Assembly: GCA_002633005.1 (NCBI GenBank)
Contig: NMRA01000533.1
Span: 179,268-243,267, forward strand
Source: Phoronis australis
Taxonomy: Eukaryota; Animalia; Phoronida
Length of the DNA: 64,000 nt
Direction of reading: 5' to 3'
The first letter of the stretch is position 1, and every line of letters begins with the position of its first letter. Positions 52,401 to 64,000 of the stretch are shown one piece after another. The translations under genes and the position numbers were made by a program. The notes under the pieces were generated by a model. It saw only the letters and a program-made list of their open reading frames with translations. It did no database searches and was not told the DNA's origin.

Positions 52401-54329
52401 CACCCGATTGAGTTATTCGTTATACATTTACACACTGACGAATAACAACATTAATTTTTATATTTTTGTAGATAATTCACCCCAAGTGATATATGTACTA
52501 TATCAAGTTTAAGATTCGTGACATGTCATGTTCCCATAACATTGCAAATTGCCTGACGTTTTTATTAAGGAACTCTTAAGACTATATGAGAAAACAACAA
52601 AATTAAGAGACATAATGATTCAAGAATTGTCACACTGGGGTGGCAACATGATTCATATTCATGCTTTTATTAATTCTCTTAAGTTTTCATGGAAACATCA
52701 ATTAATTACAAATGTTTATGAACTATGCATTCATATTTTAAAACCAAACAAAGCTTACTGGCTGTAACACCCTACATTTTTATGAACTAATATGTGAACA
52801 TTGTCAAAACAACGTTACTAACAAGCTCTAAAAAGAAGTGTTTACTTATGCTTTTTGAGTATTTTTTAAAATAATCCAACTGAGGGCAAACCACTTGGAT
52901 ATCGTTCGTGGAATGATATCGGCAAAAAACATCTTATCTTTAACAACTGTTGCAAATAAGTTATACATTTGACTTTCAGACTACTGAGTGTAAATTGGTG
53001 GCATATCAAATGTACTGTACAACGTTCCCTTCCGCTTCACCATTTTCGTCCTTTCTTGGTTCAAGAAAATCAATCCAACCGTTCTTCAATTTTTCACCAA
53101 ACGACAGTTTGTTGTACACATTTCTCACAGTAAAAACCAGTAACCCGCTTGGTTTCGAAGAAATGTGTAAATATATTCATAGTCTCTTTGTTAAAAAGAT
53201 GTAAAGAAAACCGATTTTAGAACATGCAGTAAGTCGGAGCTAAATTTGAAATTTAATTCCCCATTAATGGGTGAAAAAAACATGCACGTGGTCTGTTACT
53301 TTAACCAATGATTGTTTTAAGATTAGACATTTTAAGAGTGCAGTACACTTCAGACCAGGCAAAAGTCCATACATGGGTAATAAACCCTACGTGACGGATT
53401 TGTATCATATTATGCATTTTTGTTTACTTTCTTGTGGTTATTACTAAAATGTACTTTAAAGAAATTCTATCGCGTTAGGTAGCTTAAAAATTGGGTACTT
53501 CAGTTTTCACTGAAAAACACTATCAGAACTTACCCCAATAATCACACTTTTTGTGACATTGTAAGTAATTACAGAAGCTACTATAAAATGAAATAGCTAC
53601 TGTTTTCTATAAAGTCACCAATTGTCTTCGTAAAAATGCAAAATAAAAGTGTCAAGTCGCACCTTAAATTCCACATTTCGGGTTTGAAGGGTCATGGGGT
53701 CATACAAGCAGAAAACTTGCATAACTTGCCCAGTTTTGAATGAGACAATCTCAGCTGAAGCCAAATTTTACATTTTGGAACTTAATTGTGAGTTTGATCT
53801 ATCTTAGTAGAATAGATATTTGGCATCAAATCCACCGGCAAACACATGCCTTCGTATAGTAATGAACAATTGTTCGCAGCCAGCTCAGCCAAAGTGAGTA
53901 CTTGTGGCAACAGCTACTAGTCATCGAAAATGTTGAGTTTTCAGATCTAAAAGTGCTCAAATGGTTGTTAAATTAATGGGTTTATTTCTTAGCAAATAAA
54001 ATTCAATAAAATTAGTATTTTTGCTTTTTTGTTTACTGTGAATTACCATTTTGATGAAAAGCCCTTCTGGTGTCTCTGATACCACTGAAAAAAGTGGGTG
54101 CTGAGGTGGATCACAGGTGCTGTTCCTCTAGCGCAAATGACGTCACTCACTACTATATGGTTATGAGTCTGGAAATCCGAGCGCCTGTGAGGTGGATGAA
54201 GTAGTTAATAAGAGTAGTGTGTTTGTTGGCATCATTATATCCATCAAATCTGGTTTATGGAGCTTCAAAGGAATATCGAAATTATGCAGCAAGCAATTGA
54301 AGCACTGACTGATTGCAGCAAGTCCATAA

Positions 54330-57300
54330 TAGTCTAGACGCAATTCTGGAAAATGTGCATGTTAGAGACATTTTTAGTAAAAGTGGATAACCTATCTTTT
54401 AAGCATAATTATGGTGTGCTAATTTCGATTATGCCTGTTCCCAAGCTGGATTTTAAGTTTTTGACCATCTAATTTGCATTAACAAAATGGCCGCCAAACC
54501 ATCAAGATAAGAAACATTCGTGGGACCAGGAGTACAATATGTGACGAATAATTAGGAAATCTGTGCTACAAAAACATAGTATAAGTGTATTTAGAGCACT
54601 TAATTTTGAGAACATGTCAAATATCGGTGTAACTTTATCAATTTGCAGGCAAACATGACAAATAAAGTGTCTATACATATGTTTTGAAGGTCTAGAAAAA
54701 TCATTATGACACATGTGAAGCTTTTTATTTTATTTTCACTAAGTTACAATTTATGCGCATTAATAAAGCCTGAAAATTAAATTAGAGAAGGAATTAGAGA
54801 TGGTGATCCACAGAAAATTCCAGAATTGATAACATTTCTCAGTCAGGATAAGTTCAGGAAACTCCTGGGCATTTTGTCAACAGTAGGTCCGTTGATGTGA
54901 ATTTCAGCTTCTGGTGGAGTTACAAGGACATGGTTCCAATATTGTTAAAGCACACATTCTCTCAACGGGATGGCATTTGGAAACTGCATTGCTATTCATT
55001 TACTCTCATGCCGCCCCACCAAATTATGCCCGAGTGGGGTGCGGTCTTTTTAGTCGAGATGCATCAGCTTCCACAGTCTGCTTGGTCAGAGGTTTCAAGC
55101 AGGAAATTTTGCGATCTCCTGATATGCTCCGTTAGGTAAATTCTGACCAATGGGTAAATGGTGCAGGCAAAACGGAGGTGGCATCATCGGTAATACCAAA
55201 ACCATGTCAGCTCTATGGAGGTGGATACTGTCATTGCATCTGAGATATCATATAGCTGAACAAACTTACCGCTGTGTGAGTACATAGTTTCACAACGAAG
55301 CCAAGAAAGCCAGGAAACTGTGCGAAAATAATGTCGAGAGTTCACTTCTTTAGACTTTCCAGGGATTGAAGGTCTTCTCGTCCGCACGGCCTTGGCTGCT
55401 ACAAACCCTTGCAACAAAACACCTAGCTACAGCACCAATTCAAGAGTCACTTTTGCATACCAAGGAGCTTGGACACGAAAAATTAAGAAATTTGTTCAAG
55501 ACAGATTATCATTGATAAATATGATAATTCAGATATGTCAATTCATGCACCTATGCGCAAAAACAATGCCCCAACATTTGCCAACTTATATGATGTGGTG
55601 AAACAAACCAAAGATAAAAATAAGAAAGTTGTTCTTCAGGCAGACAGGGATGTACTTCAGTGTCTAGCGACAGCTTATGAGGCGGGTCGGCCAGTTGATT
55701 TGCCGTCTTTGCTCAAACGCGAGCGTCTTCCAGTCCATGTTGTCTTGCAGAAAAGAGTGGCACATTGCGCACTGGATGTAAATCTTCACTTGTCGAAGTA
55801 TTAATAGCTATCATATCGACTGTCCTGAAGCAATTACTGATAGCGAAGCATTGCTGGTAACTCTTGGGAAGCCTGATGGTGATGTGATCTTCAAATATCT
55901 GGCTGATTCATTCATGAAAACAGTGCTAAACACAGGATTTTGATATCATAAAATTGATATTGTATTTGTCAGATGCAGACAAAAACCAACGAAGGACAAA
56001 ACAAGAAAACAGCGCACTAAAGGAACACGGCAAATCAGGTGATTTTTTGAAGGCTGTGATGTACCTCTTCCTCAAAACTGGTCATATTTTCGGACACTGG
56101 CTGAGAATAAAGCAGTCCTAGCACATTTCTTGTCAGAGAAACTGTGTTTGTAGACACCTAAAGATAAAGAGGTTATGGTTGCAGGAGGGTGCAAAGATAA
56201 GCTTGAAGTTAATTAAATCATCTAAAGATGACTGATTTGAGGACTCTGAAATCCACACATGAAGAAGCAGATGCAAGAGTGGTATTGCATCCTGTCCACA
56301 GTCAGTTTTTTTCCAGGGACACCCTATGTTCTACAGCTTCTGGTATCGGACTTCCAACAAATGCAATGTGAGCATATCTGACAGATGCCATATATACCTA
56401 TTGAAGCACATTTCAACAAACTACTACAAGATTCAACAACATTCTTGTTTGCTCTTCATTCCGTGACCGGGTTTGGCACCGACTCGTACTTTGCAAATCA
56501 CATGAAACAATCATCATGGAATGTGTTCCTAGACCATCACAGATTACTTAAGCACCTCTGCATTGGTGAGCTCAATGAGAAAATTACGATGGCTTCAGAA
56601 GTATTTGTCTGCAGAATATACAACATGACCAGAACAGAACAGACGAAGCACGCCATTTACTATTCTCCAAGCCCGTGAACCCAGAAGTCCTTCCCCCAAC
56701 GCATAATGCCCGCCGTTTCCATCTGATGGGAGTGCACTATCAGGTCAAGGTATGGCAAAATGATCTTTGTTCCATACCTGAGCTCCCAGAACCCTGTGAT
56801 ATGGGAGGGCCACACACAAACTTATGCTTGCAGCCCATGCTGATGACACAGAGTACAATCTCAGACAGCTGCCTAGAGATGGTATTGTGTGCATGTGTGC
56901 ATGCCAGAAACAACGCAACAGTTGACAATGCAGTAGCAAGAAATCTGGATTTCGATGCATATCATTATGCACATGGCAACAACATATTCATGATCAGATT
57001 CCTTGTATGCAAACTATTTGATTTGCCTGGCTTCAGGCATGTTAAAAAGTACCAAAAGTGTACGGTAAAACTAATCTAACAGGCCTGAAAACAATTCATG
57101 CAACAGAGAATCTAATGTCTTCAATAACAATAACTAAATTGCTTTTCATGAATGTAAGATAACGGGATAGTGTAAACATTTGTCTTTACATTCCGTCAAA
57201 ATAGTGACAATTTGCTTAACGAGCATTGCAGGTTAACGACTATTTTTTCCACATTCTGTAAGTATACATCTATAACCCAATGATTGTGAAATAAATTGCT

Positions 57301-57455
57301 CCAAAAATGTCTTTAGCATGTTTGTTGACCATGAAAATATAAGTATAAACACCTCATTTTTCAAGTTAGACTGCAGGAACACAAACTTAAGACGCAAATT
57401 ACATTGAATGGTAATGGCGACACCTAATTTGCATAATTTGTTTTCAGAGATGCAT
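54330..57455 (+). mobile_element. Degenerate Academ(X)-like DNA transposon with XPG/PIN-like nuclease and Cys-rich tail
   Basis: Remnants ADRDVLQCL..VDL..L, DIVF, HEEADAR, ALHSVTG..SYF..K..W, LPPT..FHL..HYQ..W, MVLCAC in order; weak inverted similarity between ~54336-54354 and ~57440-57457. Confidence 0.65.
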
Positions 57456-57910
57456 TTTTTTTTTTTTTAATTTTTTTATTTTCCCAGTTCAACATAAGTA
57501 AGGACAAAGGTCTGGGATTCCCTTGCCTTACTTTACAATTCAATGAAAATAAAGTTTACTAAGTTAAAAATATACGTGAACTGGATTTTGAAATAGATTT
57601 AACAAAAGAAAACAAAAACATACAAGACAATATAGTAGTATATGGCTCTGAAAAAAGGAGGGGGGAGAGTATTTTGGAATGATAAAATATCCTTACATTG
57701 CTATCAGATTATGCATTTGTGACCACCTGTTTGTAAATTTTTCCATTTGTAAATTTTTTGAATAAATATGTTTTTCACAGGAGNATCCCTGCAGAGGAAA
57801 TTTTTCATTATGCTTTCTTTGTAAATATGTAATTAAAATAAAATATAAAATAAATTACCACTTAGTAGTTGTTTCTGAATTGGAGAAAGTTCACTCTCAA
57901 TCATGTTGAG
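57455..57910 (-). mobile_element. 3' end and poly(A) tail of an L1/Tx1-like LINE
   Basis: Poly(T) at 57455-57468 with AATAAA upstream on the minus strand; ORF2 C-terminus-like EKHIY..EKFTNRW; same strand as the RT fragment. Confidence 0.55.
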
Positions 57911-58749
57911 CCACTTTCTTAAGTAGGTTATGAAATGTTTCGTAAACAGGCCGGGCAGGAATCTACGAGATTTCAAAATCATGTCGATTATTAATGTACA
58001 AAATTAACTTTAACAAAAGCAGCCGGTCTGATGATGGCGACCAATAGATATCCATAGTTAGAGCCACGCCACTCATATTTCCCATTATTCGATATCGAAG
58101 ATAAACAGATATAGTGTGTTGAGTTGCTGAGTTCGGCACGTAGCTAGTAAATATCCTTCTTTCTCAAGAACTTATAACAGTACGATCTACCGATGACAGT
58201 ATTTTATACAAGAATATAACTATCATGCTGCAGAAGTCGTAGTTATTGATAGCGACTGTCACGGAAGTGGAAAAGATGATCAGGAATTCCAGCCTCAGGA
58301 ATACAGGACCAAGTTCGATGTGGAGACGGGAAATTTGCTGACTTCGATCGTTAAATCTTCGTACACGTATATCAACAGGCTTAGTCATACAATCTATGAC
58401 CGCTGAACTAGCTGTTTGTTCGTCTCACTGGTTCATGAGTCCTACAGGAGATAAGCAAAATGATATTCCGCACAAGTATCCAACTGCCTTGTTGTTTTTT
58501 TGCGAATAACTAAATTTTCAAGTCATTAACGGATTTTAATTAACACTAAGCAAACTTTTATAAGTTGCCAGTTGATTATACCTGATATCTGATTAAGATA
58601 AATCCGGTTAGCAGATTCGTGCTGGCGGTGTGAATGTTAACACTACTGCGGAAGAGATCATGTTTTTCAGGACACCGCCCTAGTCACTTACGGGAGTGTA
58701 CCCAAGGACTTTCTGCAGGTCCTCCGGCTTTAGCCTTTTTTTCTTCTCC

Positions 58750-59320
58750 TCAAACATCAAGATTCTGAAAAAATGATCTTTCGGAACCATCGAGTATGAT
58801 AGCAGTGTCATCTGCATATTGAACTAGTTTAAATTCTTGAGCTCCAATCTGTATACCTTTTATATTTTTGTTTTTCCTAAAGAGATTTCCCATAATCTCA
58901 GCACATAGTAGAAAAAGATAGGGAGATAAAGGATCTCCTTGTTTACAGCCTCTACCCATTTCAAAGAATTGAGAAGTTTTTCCATACTGAATTACACAAG
59001 CCATAGCTCCCTCATTGAGCAACGATACCCACTTTTTAATGTTTGGGCCAAAATTAAAAAAAGACAGGGTTTTTTGTAGAAATACCCAGGAAACTGAATC
59101 GAACGCCTTCTCAAAATCCACCAGGACCAGTAATCCAGGGATATTCAATTGGTCAGTTGCACAGATAAGATCATAAATTAATCGAATATTTTCGCCAATA
59201 AATCTACGAACAATAAAACCTTTCTGGTTTTCGTGGATCAAGCAATTTAAGACAGACTTAACACGTTCAGCAATACATGCTGAAATTAATTTATAATTTA
59301 TATTGAGCAATGAAATTGAC
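58750..59320 (-). pseudogene. L1/Tx1-clade reverse transcriptase fragment
   Basis: ISLLNINYK, NQKGF, DFEKAFDSV, RGCKQGDPLSPYLF, QYADD. Confidence 0.92.
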
Positions 59321-62300
59321 AACGAAGGCGTCATATAACATGAGTCTTGTATAGTACGACATCACATAGAGTGTAATAGAATTATAGGTTCTACCATAGA
59401 TACTCGTTATCTATAGTCTATCGTTCCACCGGTGAGTGATATGTGTCCAGTTGATTTTTTACAACAAAGGTTACCACTAAGTAGACTGGAAGAAAAACAT
59501 AAACAATAGTGAGGGGGGGAGGGGGGGTTGCAAGAGTCATTCAAGAGTGTTGTTTNGTGGGAGGTAGGTTACATACGAGCTTCAAGCGGCAACACACAGC
59601 CGTGTGCACAATTTTTGTTGCTTCTGTCAACAACATGGTGTCTGCAACCAGATACGATTTTCTCTGCCTTGCTTTTTCCAAAAAGACATCTGAGTTATTG
59701 AACACATTCCTACGAGTGAACTTAATAATCTGTGCACGTTTTCACTGCATGCGGGCAAAATTAAATCAATTATTTCCACCTAATAATATGTAGAAGATTT
59801 AGCATAGGTTGTGTAACGACAGTTAATAAACATGATCATTTCTACTTTATCAAAGTCTCCAATCGGACAATATCCTATCGCTCAAGGAAAACTGAAGTCA
59901 GCAGTTTAAAAAGTTGTGATTCGTTTGAATTTGATGTTAATGCGTATAAGCTGTCTAGATCACAATCACTGTGTTTGGATTGAAGTAGAAAAGAAAGCGT
60001 CAAAATCAGTTTCAAGTTCAATTTCGAGTACAAAGATTGGACCCCGGCCCCACATGTGCCTAAACAAGCTCGTTACGTTTACACCTTTGTACTCACATCA
60101 GTTATAATCTAGTTTGGAAGTAGAGTTAACCATTCAACTTATTATCAAAACCGTTGGTAACTATTTTCCTAATTATCATGTCTGCTCTCCACCTTTTTCA
60201 TACAAATACAATTCAAACAATCGTTTCCTACAGCCACAGATCCGCATTAGTGAGTTAAAATCTTTGTTAAGCTCACCTTCCGACCGTCTTAGAGGCATCA
60301 AGGGCTTGAACACATATAAACATTGCAAATTTTTTAGGTTGAAAAAAGTTTGAAATATTTGCTGTCTTGCGTGCAATTATAATTTCGATTGCATAGATTT
60401 AAATATATGCAATCTGGATTAGTATTGAAATAATAATGAAAGTACGCATAATTCATGTCGCTCCACATCTACTAGTCATCTAATCATGTCTTCAATCAAC
60501 TCGTTTTCACTTCAGAGACATCTCAGATTTGAAGACATTTTAAAATTTTTAAGTTGATCATGTTTTCCTCTATTTAATGTTTGAGAGTAATTCTAATTCA
60601 TATTGCATATATTAATTATCATAATCCATGCAACTCCACATATCTAGTCAATTAATGATCTTCTCCACCAACTCGTTTGCACCTTATGCTCAATGTACTT
60701 GAAGGCAAAAACAATGTCAATGGAAGTACCTAGAGAAAGCATTAATGCAGCCTGTTCAAGCTATCTGAGGAGGTGAAAAGAAGGCTATGTAGACCAATCT
60801 CATGTGAAAGCGGATTTTGTTTGATTGGAGGAAACGCAGTCCAAAAGAGGAACTCAACTCTGTTCTTAAGCTTTTCACCACATTTTGGCCTTATGGAAGC
60901 ACTGATAGTTCTTTGTAATGATGTTTTAACTTCATTACGAAGTCAGCTTTGATACACACTGTGAGTGAATTCCACGTTGAATTCCCAACATTATTGAAAA
61001 TATGTAGGAACCTTTTCATGCAACTCCCCTAATTAAAAGTCTCCAAGTTCCTACTTATTTTCAGTAAAATACGGGCTCTGTTCTTAAATGTTACTAGTCA
61101 ATGAGGAGCTCATGATGAAGATAAGTTGAGAAAAAAACATAACATTTTTGAGTTAAGAAAGGCGCAAACGCACCGACGAACCGACCAATGTTCCCTAAGA
61201 GTCTGCTCATGACATGTGGTGTATCAAACTGCCACATATCTTATGTCTCGAATCCTTTCACAATTATGATGTTTGAGTTTTTGGTGTGAAAGAGCCAGTT
61301 TTGAAGTAAGAGTCCTTATATCAGAGTCATTTATAAAAACTACCCTCGCTTTGGTTCAGTTTTCTGGGATGAAACATAGGCCTCATAAAGAAAAGACACA
61401 ATAAGAAAAGGCTTGGTTCTCGCCTCCTATAACATCTTAAGGAAAACCTTGTCATACCAAGGGGCCTTCCAAGACATAAGAGGTCACGTGAATAGAACAG
61501 AGAGCGATTCTTTTGCTAGGTAGTTAGGTCTCTAAGGTAGGACAAATTTCTTTTCTTGATAAAATTGTCAAGCGAAGCCACATCTCATGGGAACTACTAC
61601 CCTGACCATGTAACACGAAGTTAACGAGCAGAGGATGACAGTTCATCAAACCGGAAAAAAACGAAACAATCTAACAGGTGTAGGAATCCGTGGAAAGTAG
61701 CATCCCTCTACGGCAAGTGTAAACAGTGTAGACACTTCCGATAGTCGAAATAGAGTGCTACCTAGCCGAACGGAAATCGGAATACGTTCACCTGCTTTAC
61801 ATGTATTTCTATCGAGACATCGATTCGATTTTTAGGCACGACAGGTCGTTCTGGAACATCTGTCTATTCATCCGACAGCCTTTACGGCTTCGTTACTACG
61901 CAACTAATCAAAATGCGTAGAGTTGTTAAAACCATACAACAGTAGTGCGGGTGACCTGTTCTTCGTCTAAAATATAATTAACGACATTTTAATTTCAATA
62001 CCCAACTAACAAAGCACTGAGTTTCCCACATAGTTTGTTGTTCTATTCAGCTTGCTTTCTTTGTAAACAAACATTAATGACACGGAGGTAAATTAGCTGT
62101 ATAGGTCATCGTGGACTGTTTTATTCAGCTTAGTTCGCCTGTTTGTTCAATCAGAATTTTTTGTGCATGACACAGATATTAGCTCGCTCTATAAAGGTAC
62201 ATAAATGTCTCATAAGGTCTCACGCCGAGATATTTTCGCAGTAAGTCACATCACAGTGTATATATATAGGAACTGAATAAGAGCGTTCTAAATTACATCT

Positions 62301-62344
62301 GTGATCAATGTTCTCAAATGGATTTAAGTTGAGCCCAGTGGTAT

Positions 62345-63150
62345 GAATAGTAAGAGCATAGTTAAATAACTTGAGATGTTTTTATTAACAAAATTACGTT
62401 TTTCTAAATTACTAAAATACCTTGTTGGTTTTTCACCATTTTCTATCCACTGAGCNTTTCTAAATTACTAAAATACCTTGTTGGTTTTTCACCATTGTCT
62501 ATCCACTGAGCACGAGATCTCAATATTATACCGTCGATGTATTCCTTCCTAATTTCTTCATACTCGGCCTGAAGAATTTCTAGCCAATCACTAAAAAATT
62601 GAGAATCAGTATTCTGAACGAACTGGGGGACAGTATTTATTAGTCTTTCTAAACGTAGTTTTCTATTTTTCTTTTCTTTATTTTTGAAAGCACTATATGA
62701 CAGAGTGAAGGATTTAATGTTTAGTAAGAACATGTTGAACAGTAAAGCTTCGTCAATATCAGAAGCGTATACACTTTTGGTGTCTTGGATAATGATTTTT
62801 ACTTGCTCCACATACTTTTTGTCCCGGAGTAGAGAAATATTAAATTTCCATAAGCCTCTACCACGTTCAAAAGAGTGCAATTTTATCTTCAACCGAATGG
62901 CTGAATGGTCAGTTCTGTAGCCCGGGATTATCTCCACTGTGTTTAACAAAGATAATAACTCGTCGGAAATTAGAAAAAAGTCAAGGCGAGATTTCTTAAC
63001 TGGGTTTTTCCTACTCTATGTAAAAGAGGAACGGTCTGGATTGTAAACTCTCCAAGGGTCAACTAAATTAAACGTTTGCTTTAAATTTAAAACTGCTTTT
63101 CTAGCCTGAGGATTGTTCAGATTGAAATAACCAAAACAGTCCCGGTCATA
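62345..63150 (-). pseudogene. L1/Tx1 ORF2 fragment: end of APE endonuclease and linker
   Basis: LVDPWR..NP, SRLDFFLIS, TDHSAI, GRGLWKFN, GIILRSRAQW..GEKPTRYF. Confidence 0.88.
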
Positions 63151-63307
63151 ATCTGTTCGGAAGTGTTATCCGAAGTATTAAACGCAATAAGATTCACTGC
63201 GTCATAAAGTATAAATTCGAGCTTTTTAATACAAGGTTGAGACCCATCTCTCGTCGATGTATAAATATAATGTTGAGCGCGGGTGTATATGGTATTGAAG
63301 ATTTCGC

Positions 63308-63560
63308 TTAGATTGACAATGAAGCGTACATTGATGGTTCAGCGTGTAAGTTAAAAACTTTACTTATGAAATGATGTAAAGAATTCCAGAAACGTTTAGC
63401 ACAGAAGCAGCTGTAAAACATATTATGGAAAGTCTCGCCACAGTAGGGACATTGATCAGTTTGTGAAATACCAAATATTTTTAACATCTTGTTTTTACAA
63501 ATTCTTTTGTGGATGAAAACGTATTTAAACATTGTCAAATGAGGGTTTAAGGGTAGACTG
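63308..63560 (-). pseudogene. L1/Tx1 ORF2 C-terminal zinc-binding (zf-RVT-like) fragment
   Basis: FIHKRICKNKML..CPYCGET..MFYSC..FW. Confidence 0.7.
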
Positions 63561-64000
63561 AAAGGGAGACTAATAGTATATATTTCTTTAAAAGGGGACT
63601 GTAGTCAAAATAATGTTGCAGTTAATCGGTTCCAGCCTACAAATAAAACTCACATTTGCCTGACTTGCGCGCCAAACAAAAGCCGATTAGTATTTATGGT
63701 CAAAACGCTGAATCCTGAAATCGATCGCTGATTGGCTGATGTGTCAGTGACGTGACCGGCGGGGTTTCGGCTGCTTTTCGTATTCATTTCCTATGCAATA
63801 TTGTGAAGAGTTTATCTTTGTATCAGTGAAGATATCAGCTAGTTTGGTCAGAAAACAGGTAGTATCAAGCTGTAACCAGATGGCGGTTGCCCAGTATAAG
63901 TTGAACTAGAGAAACAACGAGAAGTTACCTTCACAGAAAAATTGTTTAGAGCCAACTTGACTTGGCTGTGCAATAGTTTACCCTGTTCTTCTAATCAAGT

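Larger units (their letters stand above)
42609..52575 (-). mobile_element. Sola3-like DNA transposon (degenerate, with nested insertions)
   Basis: TTAA|GAG...CTC|TTAA ends; subterminal inverted TGGGAACATGACATGTCACG (42639 / ~52517-52536); minus-strand remnants AWKA*GIGDG, a C2H2-like finger, and MGRALK..FLTDAFKEGMKIGQKA at 50200-51350. Confidence 0.7.

Noticed and set aside
63587-64000. Promoter-like motifs (CCAAT, TGACGT, AGATGGCG) after TTAA
   Set aside because: Could be a transposon end or a promoter; it is truncated by the window edge and cannot be assigned.

Overview
AT-rich eukaryotic (invertebrate-like) genomic DNA that is almost entirely a mosaic of nested transposable elements. The only recognisable host gene is two spliceable exons of a CUB domain on the + strand (25220-25409 and 41741-41930), separated by a ~16.3 kb intron. 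There are three Ty3/Gypsy LTR retrotransposons: a near-intact one with a -1 frameshift signal and tRNA-His PBS, a degenerate Mag-like one, and a full-length degenerate one with both LTRs. DNA transposon relics resemble Kolobok, Sola3, ISL2EU, Academ, hAT MITEs and Transib/RAG1; there is also a ~4.2 kb TIR family present three times, and L1/Tx1 LINE fragments. The most unusual object is the intronic Gypsy element at 27358-35601 (-). Between its LTRs it carries a PHD finger at the end of integrase and an extra env-position ORF with a C2H2-like finger and a TatD-family nuclease domain. Single-N gaps flanked by duplicated sequence look like assembly artefacts. All family assignments come from motif recognition by eye, not from database searches.
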